DNA of 12,202 bases from a virus. The first letter of the stretch is position 1. The number at the start of each line of letters is the position of its first letter. The DNA lies in the IMG/VR virus record IMGVR_UViG_3300036828_000401; one strand, given 5' to 3'. The notes below the pieces were generated by a model. That model was not told where the DNA came from. It made no database searches and worked only from the letters and a program-made list of their open reading frames with translations. Shown here in pieces: positions 5,546 to 12,202 of the stretch. A program made the position numbers and the translations under genes.

Positions 5546-5922
5546 ACGGGCGCAAGCCCACAGGCCACTAGAAGTGGCTCCAATGCCTAGCAAAGGCACC
5601 GTCATGGTAAGGCGGTATGGGTGCGATTCCCATGCAAGAACTTAACGCTGAAAGCTCAGGGCTGAAACTTTAAGATTCTAAAAGCTCAAAGCCGAAAGTG
5701 GATAAGCTGAACAAAATCCGGTGTTCCATCTGGCCCGCCATCGAAGGGTGGTGGGCGGCGCACTCACCAGCGCTATCTCGGGAAACCGGCTGCGGTCTGG
5801 AACTGCCAAATCTAACGTTGAATGCCCTTGCCCCGATCAAAGCCTGTAACTTTAGGTACAGGCGCTAGCTTCTCCAACCGTTACAGCGGTGGCTGCACTT
5901 AAAGGCAAGGATGAGGTGCAGC
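5546..5922 (+). ncRNA. candidate structured non-coding RNA or regulatory region
   Basis: No long ORF; several stable hairpins: GGGC-GCAA-GCCC, GCCACT-AGA-AGTGGC, ATGGG-TGCGATT-CCCAT, GCCCGCCA-N8-TGGTGGGC, CGG-GAAA-CCG, GCCTGTA-N8-TACAGGC, GCTGCAC-N17-GTGCAGC. Boundaries arbitrary. Confidence 0.35.
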
Positions 5923-6009
5923 ATAAGGAACGACACGATGGATCAGACCGTAGAAAATAACGGAGCGTCGTAATCACCATTCAACGCGCGTTTAGCGGGG
6001 AGCGCCAAT

Positions 6010-6159
6010 ATGTTGTCAATGCAGGCCGAAGAAATGCTGGAACAGATGCAGATCGCCCAGAACCGTATCCTTGGGATACTGGCCGTGGGTTTTGTAAGCG
6101 GTTTCATAATGGGTCTACTGGCTGCTTGGATTCTCGTCCGGTCGGCGACTATGAGATAG
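6010..6159 (+). CDS. 49-aa putative membrane protein
   Basis: MLSMQAEEMLEQMQIAQNRILGILAVGFVSGFIMGLLAAWILVRSATMR; GGGGAG upstream; below ORF-track cutoff. Confidence 0.6.
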   Translation: MLSMQAEEMLEQMQIAQNRILGILAVGFVSGFIMGLLAAWILVRSATMR

Positions 6160-6167
6160 GGGGAACC

Positions 6168-6341
6168 ATGACTGTCGGAGAACAGTTGCTGGAGATGCGC
6201 AACCAACTGATTCAAATTCAAGCTGAGCTTGATGAGATACTGCGCCGCATTCCTGAACCTCGCTGCCGGATGTGCGGTATGGGTTTGGGTTTTCACAACC
6301 GCGCTACCATGCCCGACCTCGACCACGAGTTTGTTGCGTGA
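6168..6341 (+). CDS. small hypothetical protein (MTVGEQLLEMRNQLIQIQAELDEILRR...CRMCGMG)
   Basis: Internal ATG of ORF 6126..6341 preceded by gggggaacc. Confidence 0.6.
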   Translation: MTVGEQLLEMRNQLIQIQAELDEILRRIPEPRCRMCGMGLGFHNRATMPDLDHEFVA

Positions 6342-6556
6342 TGAACTTCATGGAAAGACTGGTGGCGGGGGACGTGTATGCTGACGATATTGATGACTGG
6401 GTGGACAACTGGCATCTCATTGAGAAGTCGGTACCTGCTCAGGTATGCCAGCCGCTGCACGAGTTCCTTGGTATGACCACTGAGGAGTACGCGCGCTGGG
6501 TGACCAACCCCGACGTTCTGCAACAGATCGCGAGAGAACGGAACATGCGCTCGTAG
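6341..6556 (+). CDS. conserved small phage protein of unknown function
   Basis: MNFMERLVAGDVYADDIDDWVDNWH...LHEFLGMTTEEYARWVTNPDVL; TGATG overlap with the preceding gene; resembles a common phage hypothetical. Confidence 0.7.
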   Translation: MNFMERLVAGDVYADDIDDWVDNWHLIEKSVPAQVCQPLHEFLGMTTEEYARWVTNPDVLQQIARERNMRS

Positions 6557-6617
6557 CCTAGTGGTTAGGCGACGGCTTTCCGCGCCGTTAACGAAGGTTC
6601 GATTCCTTCCGGGCGCT
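6547..6617 (+). tRNA. tRNA-Gly(UCC), no encoded CCA
   Basis: Full cloverleaf: acceptor GCGCTCG/CGGGCGC with one G-U, D-arm GCC-TAGTGGTTA-GGC, anticodon arm ACGGC-TTTCCGC-GCCGT, T-arm GAAGG-TTCGATT-CCTTC. Confidence 0.88.
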
Positions 6618-6639
6618 TAAAGATTTAGGAGGTAGGCAA

Positions 6640-6870
6640 ATGGGAGTAATGAGAAAACTCAATCGGTTTGGCGACACGGAAGTTCAGTGGACCCCCACTG
6701 ATAAGGAGTCAGTGCGCAGAGCGCGGCTGGTCTTTGATAACCATGTGACTGTCGAACGCGGGATGGCTTTTGAGGTGCTTGCAGACCCGCGTGAGCCTGC
6801 GGAGGTAATTCGCAAGTTCAACCCGGACGCCAAGGAGATCGTGCTGGCGCCGCGTATGGTCGGGGGATGA
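6640..6870 (+). CDS. hypothetical phage protein, 76 aa
   Basis: Strong taggaggt Shine-Dalgarno; MGVMRKLNRFGDTEVQWTPTDKESVRRARLVF... Confidence 0.7.
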   Translation: MGVMRKLNRFGDTEVQWTPTDKESVRRARLVFDNHVTVERGMAFEVLADPREPAEVIRKFNPDAKEIVLAPRMVGG

Positions 6871-7490
6871 TCCCCGGTCGGAGGGCGCGGCTGCGACTTG
6901 CAGATCGTGCGAGGGTGCAACGAAGGCTGGATTATTGGCGGGCGATGGGAACAGCAAATGTTGTTGTCTACGAGTGGCTAGGGGCGCAGCAACAGGGGAT
7001 TGTCGCCGGGGGCTGCTATCAGCCGGGGCTGGGGAACGTTAACGATGCCGCGCAACAGATGGCATATCAACAGGCGCGACTTGGGTACGCTGATTTTGCA
7101 GCGCAGCAGGCGCAGTACGATGTGATGGCGAGTGCGGCGCAGTTCGAGGAAATGCAAGGGATAAATAAACATCGTGCGCAGGCGCTACATGCGGCTGATG
7201 AGTTGTTACGCTCGCACCTGACTGAGGAACAGCGTCGGGACTTGGAGACTTTCGGTTGGTTCGAGGTTCAGGGTAAGTGGCGCCGCCCCTTGCACAGGTC
7301 AACGTGGCATAGGTTTCGGATTTACTCCGGTGGTTCGATTCGCGAGGTAAAGCGCAGTGGTGGGATAAAGGACTTCTGTATCATCGCTCTGGAAACCCTT
7401 CCCTCTGCGGACGTGATGCTAACGCTGAAGCTATTGGTAGAGAGCGATCTGAACCGGTTCTATAAGACGGCGCGTCCACTGTCGTCTTAG
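6867..7490 (+). CDS. hypothetical protein, 207 aa
   Basis: ATGA overlap with the upstream gene; long open frame. Confidence 0.7.
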   Translation: MIPGRRARLRLADRARVQRRLDYWRAMGTANVVVYEWLGAQQQGIVAGGCYQPGLGNVNDAAQQMAYQQARLGYADFAAQQAQYDVMASAAQFEEMQGINKHRAQALHAADELLRSHLTEEQRRDLETFGWFEVQGKWRRPLHRSTWHRFRIYSGGSIREVKRSGGIKDFCIIALETLPSADVMLTLKLLVESDLNRFYKTARPLSS

Positions 7491-7567
7491 TAATGGGAGT
7501 CATATTGGTGTAATGGTTGTGCGGTAACTTAACTAACCAACCGTGTGTGGTCTGTGGAGGAAAGTAG

Positions 7568-8182
7568 ATGGATGCATTCTTCGCGATGATCGTTCCGATG
7601 GCACCGCCATCGGGTCCACCCTCAGTGCCGCCTTGGTGGCCGGGACATCCAGAGCACCCGATCCCACCGGGGATATGGCCGACGCCGCCCGGAAGTGCTG
7701 GACCACCGGGGTATCCCTCGCACCCGATCTATCTGCCGGGGCACCCAGCACACCCCATTCCACCTACTGTGTGGCCGGAACCCCCGACTGGAGCGCCACC
7801 GGGGTATTGGGGTGGTGCCCCTATTCCTTGGCCCACCCCGCCGATTTACTATCCCCCGGTTTATCCGATGCCACCGATTGCTTATCCGCCGTGGTATCCC
7901 GGTGCTCCAACGCATCCAATCCCACCGGGAGTTTGGCCGAATCCACCTGTGGCAGGTGGCCCGCCACTGGGGACTTGGGGTGGAGATGCTCCGTGGCCGG
8001 GGTATGCCACGCCACCGATAGTGATACCGCCTGATGCTCTGCCACCGGGGATTACCGTGCCAGAAGGCAAAGCGTTAGTCGTCGTCTATATTCCGGGGGC
8101 AGGGTACAAGGCGGTTTTCATCCCGATACCCGGACCTCCAGGCAACATGCCGCCAGCTACCCAGCCGGTAGCTAAGAGCTAG
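7568..8182 (+). CDS. proline/glycine/tryptophan-rich low-complexity repeat protein
   Basis: ggaggaaagtag-ATG; repeated HPIPPGIWPTPP / HPIPPTVWPEPP / HPIPPGVWPNPP units; non-repetitive C-terminal GKALVVVYIPGAGYKAVFIPIPG. Confidence 0.75.
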   Translation: MDAFFAMIVPMAPPSGPPSVPPWWPGHPEHPIPPGIWPTPPGSAGPPGYPSHPIYLPGHPAHPIPPTVWPEPPTGAPPGYWGGAPIPWPTPPIYYPPVYPMPPIAYPPWYPGAPTHPIPPGVWPNPPVAGGPPLGTWGGDAPWPGYATPPIVIPPDALPPGITVPEGKALVVVYIPGAGYKAVFIPIPGPPGNMPPATQPVAKS

Positions 8183-8187
8183 ATCAG

Positions 8188-8631
8188 GTGAGCGAAACCG
8201 GCGATCCACGCATCCCGCAGCGCGTTTGGCGGAAGATTACCGTCACGCCTGCGGGGTGCTGGCAGTGGGACGGACGTCTTGAGCCAACTGGCTACGCACG
8301 GGTGAGGGTGGGTAAACGAATGTGTTTACTTCACCGCTGGGTCTATACCACCCTCGTCGGTCCAATTCCTGATGGGCTGGAGTGCGACCACCTCTGTCGC
8401 AATCGAGCGTGCGGCAACCCCAGCCATATTGAGCCAGTGACGCGCCGGGAGAATCTACGACGCGGCTACAATACCAACGCTGCTAAGACCGCGTGTCCAC
8501 AGGGACATCCGTACACACCTGAGAACACGATGCTTACCCGTGGATTCCGATACTGTAAGCAGTGCAACAGGGCGGGAGTGCGAGCAGCGTGGCGGCGCCG
8601 AAAGAACATGACGCTGGATCAGGTGGGCTAA
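8188..8631 (+). CDS. HNH endonuclease, probable free-standing homing endonuclease
   Basis: CWQWDGRLEPTGYARVRVGKRMCLLHRWVY...LECDHLCRNRACGNPSHIEPVTRRENLRR, the HNH_3-type signature. Confidence 0.92.
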   Translation: MSETGDPRIPQRVWRKITVTPAGCWQWDGRLEPTGYARVRVGKRMCLLHRWVYTTLVGPIPDGLECDHLCRNRACGNPSHIEPVTRRENLRRGYNTNAAKTACPQGHPYTPENTMLTRGFRYCKQCNRAGVRAAWRRRKNMTLDQVG

Positions 8632-8675
8632 AAGTTATAGCGTTGGGGTGCTCAAATTTCTTCTCCTTAGTCAAC

Positions 8676-8706
8676 GAGGGTCAGCCGCAGCTCACGGCTG
8701 GCCCTC
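8676..8706 (+). terminator. rho-independent-like terminator hairpin
   Basis: GAGGGTCAGCCG-cagctca-CGGCTGGCCCTC, 12-bp stem with one G-U, followed by the weakly T-rich actctttgt; located 45 nt after the HNH gene. Confidence 0.6.
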
Positions 8707-8717
8707 ACTCTTTGTAG

Positions 8718-8888
8718 ATGTTTGACTTCAACATTCGTAGGGTGATTCGGTTTCAACGCCTCGCGTATTACGGCTTTATCTGGCTGGTCGAGTTCAACGA
8801 TTCTCAACTGGTGCTCGCAGTCGATGACACGTACACGGAGGACGGCAACTACGTCCTGAAGGTGCTGAGTGAAGCGGGGTCCACATAA
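8718..8888 (+). CDS. 56-aa hypothetical protein
   Basis: MFDFNIRRVIRFQRLAYYGFIWLVEFNDSQLVLAVDDTYTEDGNYVLKVLSEAGST; overlaps the start of the next gene. Confidence 0.5.
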   Translation: MFDFNIRRVIRFQRLAYYGFIWLVEFNDSQLVLAVDDTYTEDGNYVLKVLSEAGST

Positions 8889-9216
8889 CGGGCGCTATAT
8901 CCTCGATGGCAAGATTCCGGTGCCGTGCGAAGACTTGTTGGAGTGGGGGCGTTGGATGGAGGGCCACGACGGGAGGCGCATAGTTAGGCAGGAAGAGGTC
9001 GGTCATTTCTTTGTGAGCACCGTGTTCTTGGGCCTCGACCATAGCTGGCTGGACGACACGCCACCTGCGCTGTTTGAAACGATGGTGTTCCACTACGACA
9101 AAAACGACCACCGTCTCAGCGCCGACGACGCGCCGCAGATTCGGACCCCCACGTGGGAGACGGCGCTTGAGGCACACGCAGAGGCGGTAGTGTGGGCACG
9201 GGAGCGGCTGTCGTGA
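8869..9216 (+). CDS. conserved phage protein of unknown function
   Basis: RYILDGKIPVPCEDLLEWGRWMEG...RIVRQEEVGHFFVSTVFLGLDHSW...PPALFETMVF, resembling a widespread phage hypothetical. Confidence 0.85.
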   Translation: MKRGPHNGRYILDGKIPVPCEDLLEWGRWMEGHDGRRIVRQEEVGHFFVSTVFLGLDHSWLDDTPPALFETMVFHYDKNDHRLSADDAPQIRTPTWETALEAHAEAVVWARERLS

Positions 9217-9392
9217 CGCGGTGGGCGGACCTTGCGGTGGTGGCGGCGATTGTCTCACCGTGGCTTGGGATGATCATATTGGTCGTGATATTAAGCCGCC
9301 ATGCGGAACGCCTGCGTGTTGTGGAGCGCGAGGTACTGGCAATGAGGGACGTGCTTGGTGGGTTGGTGGATGACCTTGGGTGGAAAAAGTGA
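9213..9392 (+). CDS. 59-aa putative membrane protein
   Basis: GTGA overlap; VTRWADLAVVAAIVSPWLGMIILVVILSRHAERLR... Confidence 0.65.
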   Translation: MTRWADLAVVAAIVSPWLGMIILVVILSRHAERLRVVEREVLAMRDVLGGLVDDLGWKK

Positions 9393-9850
9393 ATAGGTTG
9401 CTCATCGACTTTCGAGTGATTCCCCATCGCAAGCAGCGCTACGACACTTGCGGAGATTGGTTTCGGGCCGATGGTCATTGGTTCTTCCGCGTCTCCAAGC
9501 TGAAGAAACAATACGTGGCACTGGTCTTCCTCCACGAGATCATCGAGTTCGTGCTCTGCCGCCTAGACCACATCAAGGTCAAGGAAATCGATCGGTTCGA
9601 CCGGATCTACGAGGCTACCCGTCACAAGGACTTGGCGCCGTGTGGTTGCGCGCATCTGGAAGAACCGGGTGATGACATCCACGCGCCCTATCATCACCAG
9701 CACAGTACGGCCTCCCGCTGCGAGCGATTGATCGCTGAAGCGCTTGGGGTAGATTGGCAGAAGTACACCGATGAAGTTGAATCCCTCGACCATAAGAATG
9801 GGGCTGGACGACATCAAAAGGCAGCTCAAGAAACTGCGGGAGATGCGTAA
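9389..9850 (+). CDS. conserved phage protein with possible HExxE metal-binding motif
   Basis: GTGA overlap at 9389; VALVFLHEIIEFVLCRLDHIK...DDIHAPYHHQHSTASRCERLIAEALGVDWQKY. Confidence 0.75.
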   Translation: MNRLLIDFRVIPHRKQRYDTCGDWFRADGHWFFRVSKLKKQYVALVFLHEIIEFVLCRLDHIKVKEIDRFDRIYEATRHKDLAPCGCAHLEEPGDDIHAPYHHQHSTASRCERLIAEALGVDWQKYTDEVESLDHKNGAGRHQKAAQETAGDA

Positions 9851-9980
9851 TGCGAGAGCCAAGCGATCCCTTCAAAAAGATCAAACCGATACGCGCAGCA
9901 AAACGCGGGGTAGGAAAAGTCTTCAAGCCCCCAAGGATGCCAAAGCCCCCAAAACCAAAACTGTCGTTCTAGTCAAGTAA
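9771..9980 (+). CDS. small highly basic hypothetical protein
   Basis: MKLNPSTIRMGLDDIKRQLKKLREMRNARAKRS...; overlaps the previous CDS by 80 nt; TAA directly followed by the next ATG. Confidence 0.5.
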   Translation: MKLNPSTIRMGLDDIKRQLKKLREMRNARAKRSLQKDQTDTRSKTRGRKSLQAPKDAKAPKTKTVVLVK

Positions 9981-10481
9981 ATGGGCATCAGGCATTGCCC
10001 CATCTGTTCGCACGGTTCTCGGAGTGCGATCGAGAAGAAGCTGCGCGAAGGCGCTTCGCTGTCCCTGCTCGCGCAAAGCTACGGGGTGACCGATGAAGTA
10101 CTCCGTCAGCACCGCGATGCTCATCTCAACGCGGTAGTCTCGGCCAATAACATCGCCATCACGCCGTCCAAGATGGATGCGGCGGCGATGTTCCTCGAAC
10201 ACGACGAGTGCATTCGCGAGTGCAAGGATCTAATTGATTGGTCCCGCGCCAACACCCATGTGCATGGATGGTCGTCGGGGATTCGCCTGTGGCTGACGGC
10301 CATGCACCAGCAGAATCAGCTCTTGGGTCTATACGAACAGGTAGACCCACGACTCGCACAGCATCGTAATCGGCAGCTCATTGACGTGGTGTCCCGCGCG
10401 TTGGAGAAGTTCCCCGACGCACAGCGCGAGGTGCTGGCGGCTATCGACCAGGTGGAAGAGGATGGCGAGCCAACTACGTGA
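9981..10481 (+). CDS. candidate terminase small subunit / DNA-binding protein
   Basis: MGIRHCPICSHGSRSAIEKKLREGASLSLLAQSYGVTDEVLRQHRDAH, a helix-turn-helix-like N-terminus with a Cys pair; lies immediately before terL. Confidence 0.5.
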   Translation: MGIRHCPICSHGSRSAIEKKLREGASLSLLAQSYGVTDEVLRQHRDAHLNAVVSANNIAITPSKMDAAAMFLEHDECIRECKDLIDWSRANTHVHGWSSGIRLWLTAMHQQNQLLGLYEQVDPRLAQHRNRQLIDVVSRALEKFPDAQREVLAAIDQVEEDGEPTT

Positions 10482-12120
10482 ACTGAAGGACGCGTTACTC
10501 AGGCATCGCAGTTGTGAGTCTCACCCGCCGCTGCGGCGCAGCCACGACGCCGAAGAGGCGGCGCTGTTTGCCGAATCGTTTCAGTATTGTTCCGCCGGCG
10601 CGCGGCGCGAGCACTTGCGTTGGATGGCGCGCAACGACCTGTTTTATCTCGGCGTCTACATCCTGCATCGCATCCACTGGATCGGCATGGGTTCGGAGCA
10701 GCGAGGCTTCCCACCCGAACACAAGAGCAAGATTGCCAAGTGGTACCATGCGCGCTGCTGGGATGTGCAGGAGAACCCGAACAATCACCTCGACGTGTGG
10801 GCTCGTGAGCACGGTAAGTCGGAGATCCTGAGTTTCGCGTTGGTCATTCAGGACATCCTCAACGATCCCAACAACACCATCGGGCTTTTCTCTCACACCA
10901 GTCCGCTGGCCAAACAGTTCTTGCGCTTGATCAAAACGGAGCTGGAGATCAACGAGGAGCTGAAGGATCTGTTCCCTGAGATCCTCTACTCCGAACCTCG
11001 GCGGCAGAGTCCCAAGTGGTCGGAGAACGAGGGCATCACCGTCAAGCGCCGCACCAATCGTAAGGAATGCACCGTCGAGGCGTGGGGGCTGATTGACGGC
11101 CAACCGACCAGCAAGCGCTTCACCATCCTGCATTACGACGACGTGGTGTCGCGGGACCAGACCTCCGAGTACATGACTGCGAACACCAAGCAGGAGCTGG
11201 AGAACAGCTTCGCGCTGACTGCTTCTGATCCCATGATCATTCGCATCATCGGTACCCCGCAGGAAATCGGCGACGTCATCTGCCAGCTCATGGACGAGAA
11301 GAAGTTCCCGCTGCGCTTCCATCCGGCTGCCGACGAGAAGGGTCAGCCGGTGTTCTTCTCCGAGAACAAGCTGGCCGACTTCAAGGACAAGATGTCCCCG
11401 AAGGTCTTCGCACTCCAGTTTCTGCTGGACCCGAAGGCGGCACAGGACGCGCACGCCATTGGGTTCCTGTCGGAGTGGTGGCTGACCTATCAGGGTGACT
11501 TCAGCCTCAACAATCTCAATCTGTACATTCTGGTGGACCCCGCCGGCCGTGGTCCGGAGTACAACTCACAGTACGCGCTGTGGGTGGTGGGCTGCGGTGC
11601 GGATCGCAAGTGGCGAATCATTGACGGCGTGCTCGATAACCTCGACCTGGCGCAGCGTACTGAGGTCTTGTTCGAGATGATGCGTAAGTACCCGCGCGTG
11701 CTGAAAGTCATCTACGAGCAGCAGTCTCTGCAGGCGGACATCGAGCACATCCGCGACATTCAGAACCGGGAGAATTTCATCTTCGCCATTCAGGCCGCGA
11801 CTGGCATCCGTAACAAGGATGCCCGCATCGAGCGCCTGATTCCGAAATACCGGCATGGCGATGTGCTGGCCCCGGAACGGTTGATGTATCACACCAAGGC
11901 CGGCGTGAACCTCGATATCATCAGGCACTTTCGCGATGTCGAGTACGCCAAGTGGCCATTCAATCCGAGTTACCGGGATCAGCTTGATGCGCTCGCGCGT
12001 ATTTGCGATGAAGCGGAGTGCAACTTCGTCTATCCGGTTGCGTATGGGCAAGGACGGGTGGAAGGCCAGCATTGGAATCAGGATGGTGCGACCAGCACCG
12101 GGAGTTGGTTGAGTGAATGA
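10462..12120 (+). CDS. terL: terminase large subunit
   Basis: Walker A-like WAREHGKSE, Walker B-like FTILHYDDVVSRD, nuclease-type LNLYILVDPAGRG; start trimmed to the ATG at 10462. Confidence 0.9.
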   Translation: MASQLRELKDALLRHRSCESHPPLRRSHDAEEAALFAESFQYCSAGARREHLRWMARNDLFYLGVYILHRIHWIGMGSEQRGFPPEHKSKIAKWYHARCWDVQENPNNHLDVWAREHGKSEILSFALVIQDILNDPNNTIGLFSHTSPLAKQFLRLIKTELEINEELKDLFPEILYSEPRRQSPKWSENEGITVKRRTNRKECTVEAWGLIDGQPTSKRFTILHYDDVVSRDQTSEYMTANTKQELENSFALTASDPMIIRIIGTPQEIGDVICQLMDEKKFPLRFHPAADEKGQPVFFSENKLADFKDKMSPKVFALQFLLDPKAAQDAHAIGFLSEWWLTYQGDFSLNNLNLYILVDPAGRGPEYNSQYALWVVGCGADRKWRIIDGVLDNLDLAQRTEVLFEMMRKYPRVLKVIYEQQSLQADIEHIRDIQNRENFIFAIQAATGIRNKDARIERLIPKYRHGDVLAPERLMYHTKAGVNLDIIRHFRDVEYAKWPFNPSYRDQLDALARICDEAECNFVYPVAYGQGRVEGQHWNQDGATSTGSWLSE

Positions 12121-12202
12121 AGAAGGTAGCTTTGGTAATCACCCTTGCATGGGTGCTGTGTTTGCTGGTTGTGATGCCGGCGTCGGCGAAGCACCACAAG
12201 AA
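12117..12202 (+). CDS. exported small protein, signal peptide (runs off right edge)
   Basis: ATGA overlap with the terL stop; MKKVALVITLAWVLCLLVVMPASAKHHK with probable ASA cleavage. Confidence 0.65.
   Translation, partial: MKKVALVITLAWVLCLLVVMPASAKHHK

Noticed and set aside
5581-5641. A full tRNA around the T-arm-like hairpin
   Set aside because: No 5' acceptor complementary to gcaagaa, and no 5-bp anticodon stem at the required distance; loop position 55 is G.
5943-6326. Minus-strand ORFs 5943..6326 and 6293..6523
   Set aside because: Antisense to coupled small plus-strand genes with better start signals.
7491-7567. Possible tRNA in the gap (ttggtgtaatggttg resembles a D-arm)
   Set aside because: No T-arm TTCRA element and no cloverleaf could be drawn.
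7543-8034. ORFs 7543..8034 (+), 7695..8021 (+), 7622..7915 (-) and 7821..8045 (-)
   Set aside because: Shadow frames of the repetitive Pro/Gly-rich gene, which has the clear ggaggaaag Shine-Dalgarno.
10514-10831. Plus-strand ORFs 10514..10831 and 10587..10808
   Set aside because: Alternative frames within terL, rich in Arg/Ser/Thr, with no motif.
10495-11454. Minus-strand 319-aa ORF, plus 11566..12072 minus
   Set aside because: Antisense to the well-supported terL; low-complexity shadow frames in GC-rich coding DNA without recognisable motifs.

Overview
The window reads as part of a tailed double-stranded DNA phage or prophage genome. It has two oppositely oriented blocks that differ in style. 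LEFT BLOCK (1-3491, minus strand): about ten small genes, including an SprT-like zinc metalloprotease (runs off the left edge, absent from the ORF track), a GP88-like CPGxxxC protein, two tiny putative membrane peptides, small Cys-motif proteins and several orphans. Nine of the ten predicted starts carry a 16-nt start-associated sequence, GGAGACAGGCACAATG on the minus strand, either exact or a close variant. One intergenic gap (2349-2423) can form two mutually exclusive hairpins, one of which would hide the Shine-Dalgarno of the next gene. A 0.58 kb divergent intergenic region with dyads and direct repeats (3492-4077) separates the blocks. RIGHT BLOCK (4078-12202, plus strand): small tightly coupled late-region genes, a ~390-nt non-coding stretch with several stable hairpins, a tRNA-Gly(UCC) overlapping the 3' end of a CDS, a Pro/Gly-rich repeat protein, an HNH endonuclease, a terminator-like hairpin, conserved phage hypotheticals, a candidate small terminase, the large terminase (terL), and the start of a signal-peptide-bearing protein. 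The most notable signals are the start-associated sequence family with its AAGCGCTT upstream octamer, the candidate translational switch at 2346-2426, and the 5546-5922 structured non-coding stretch. All motif coordinates were read by eye; no searches or folding calculations were run.
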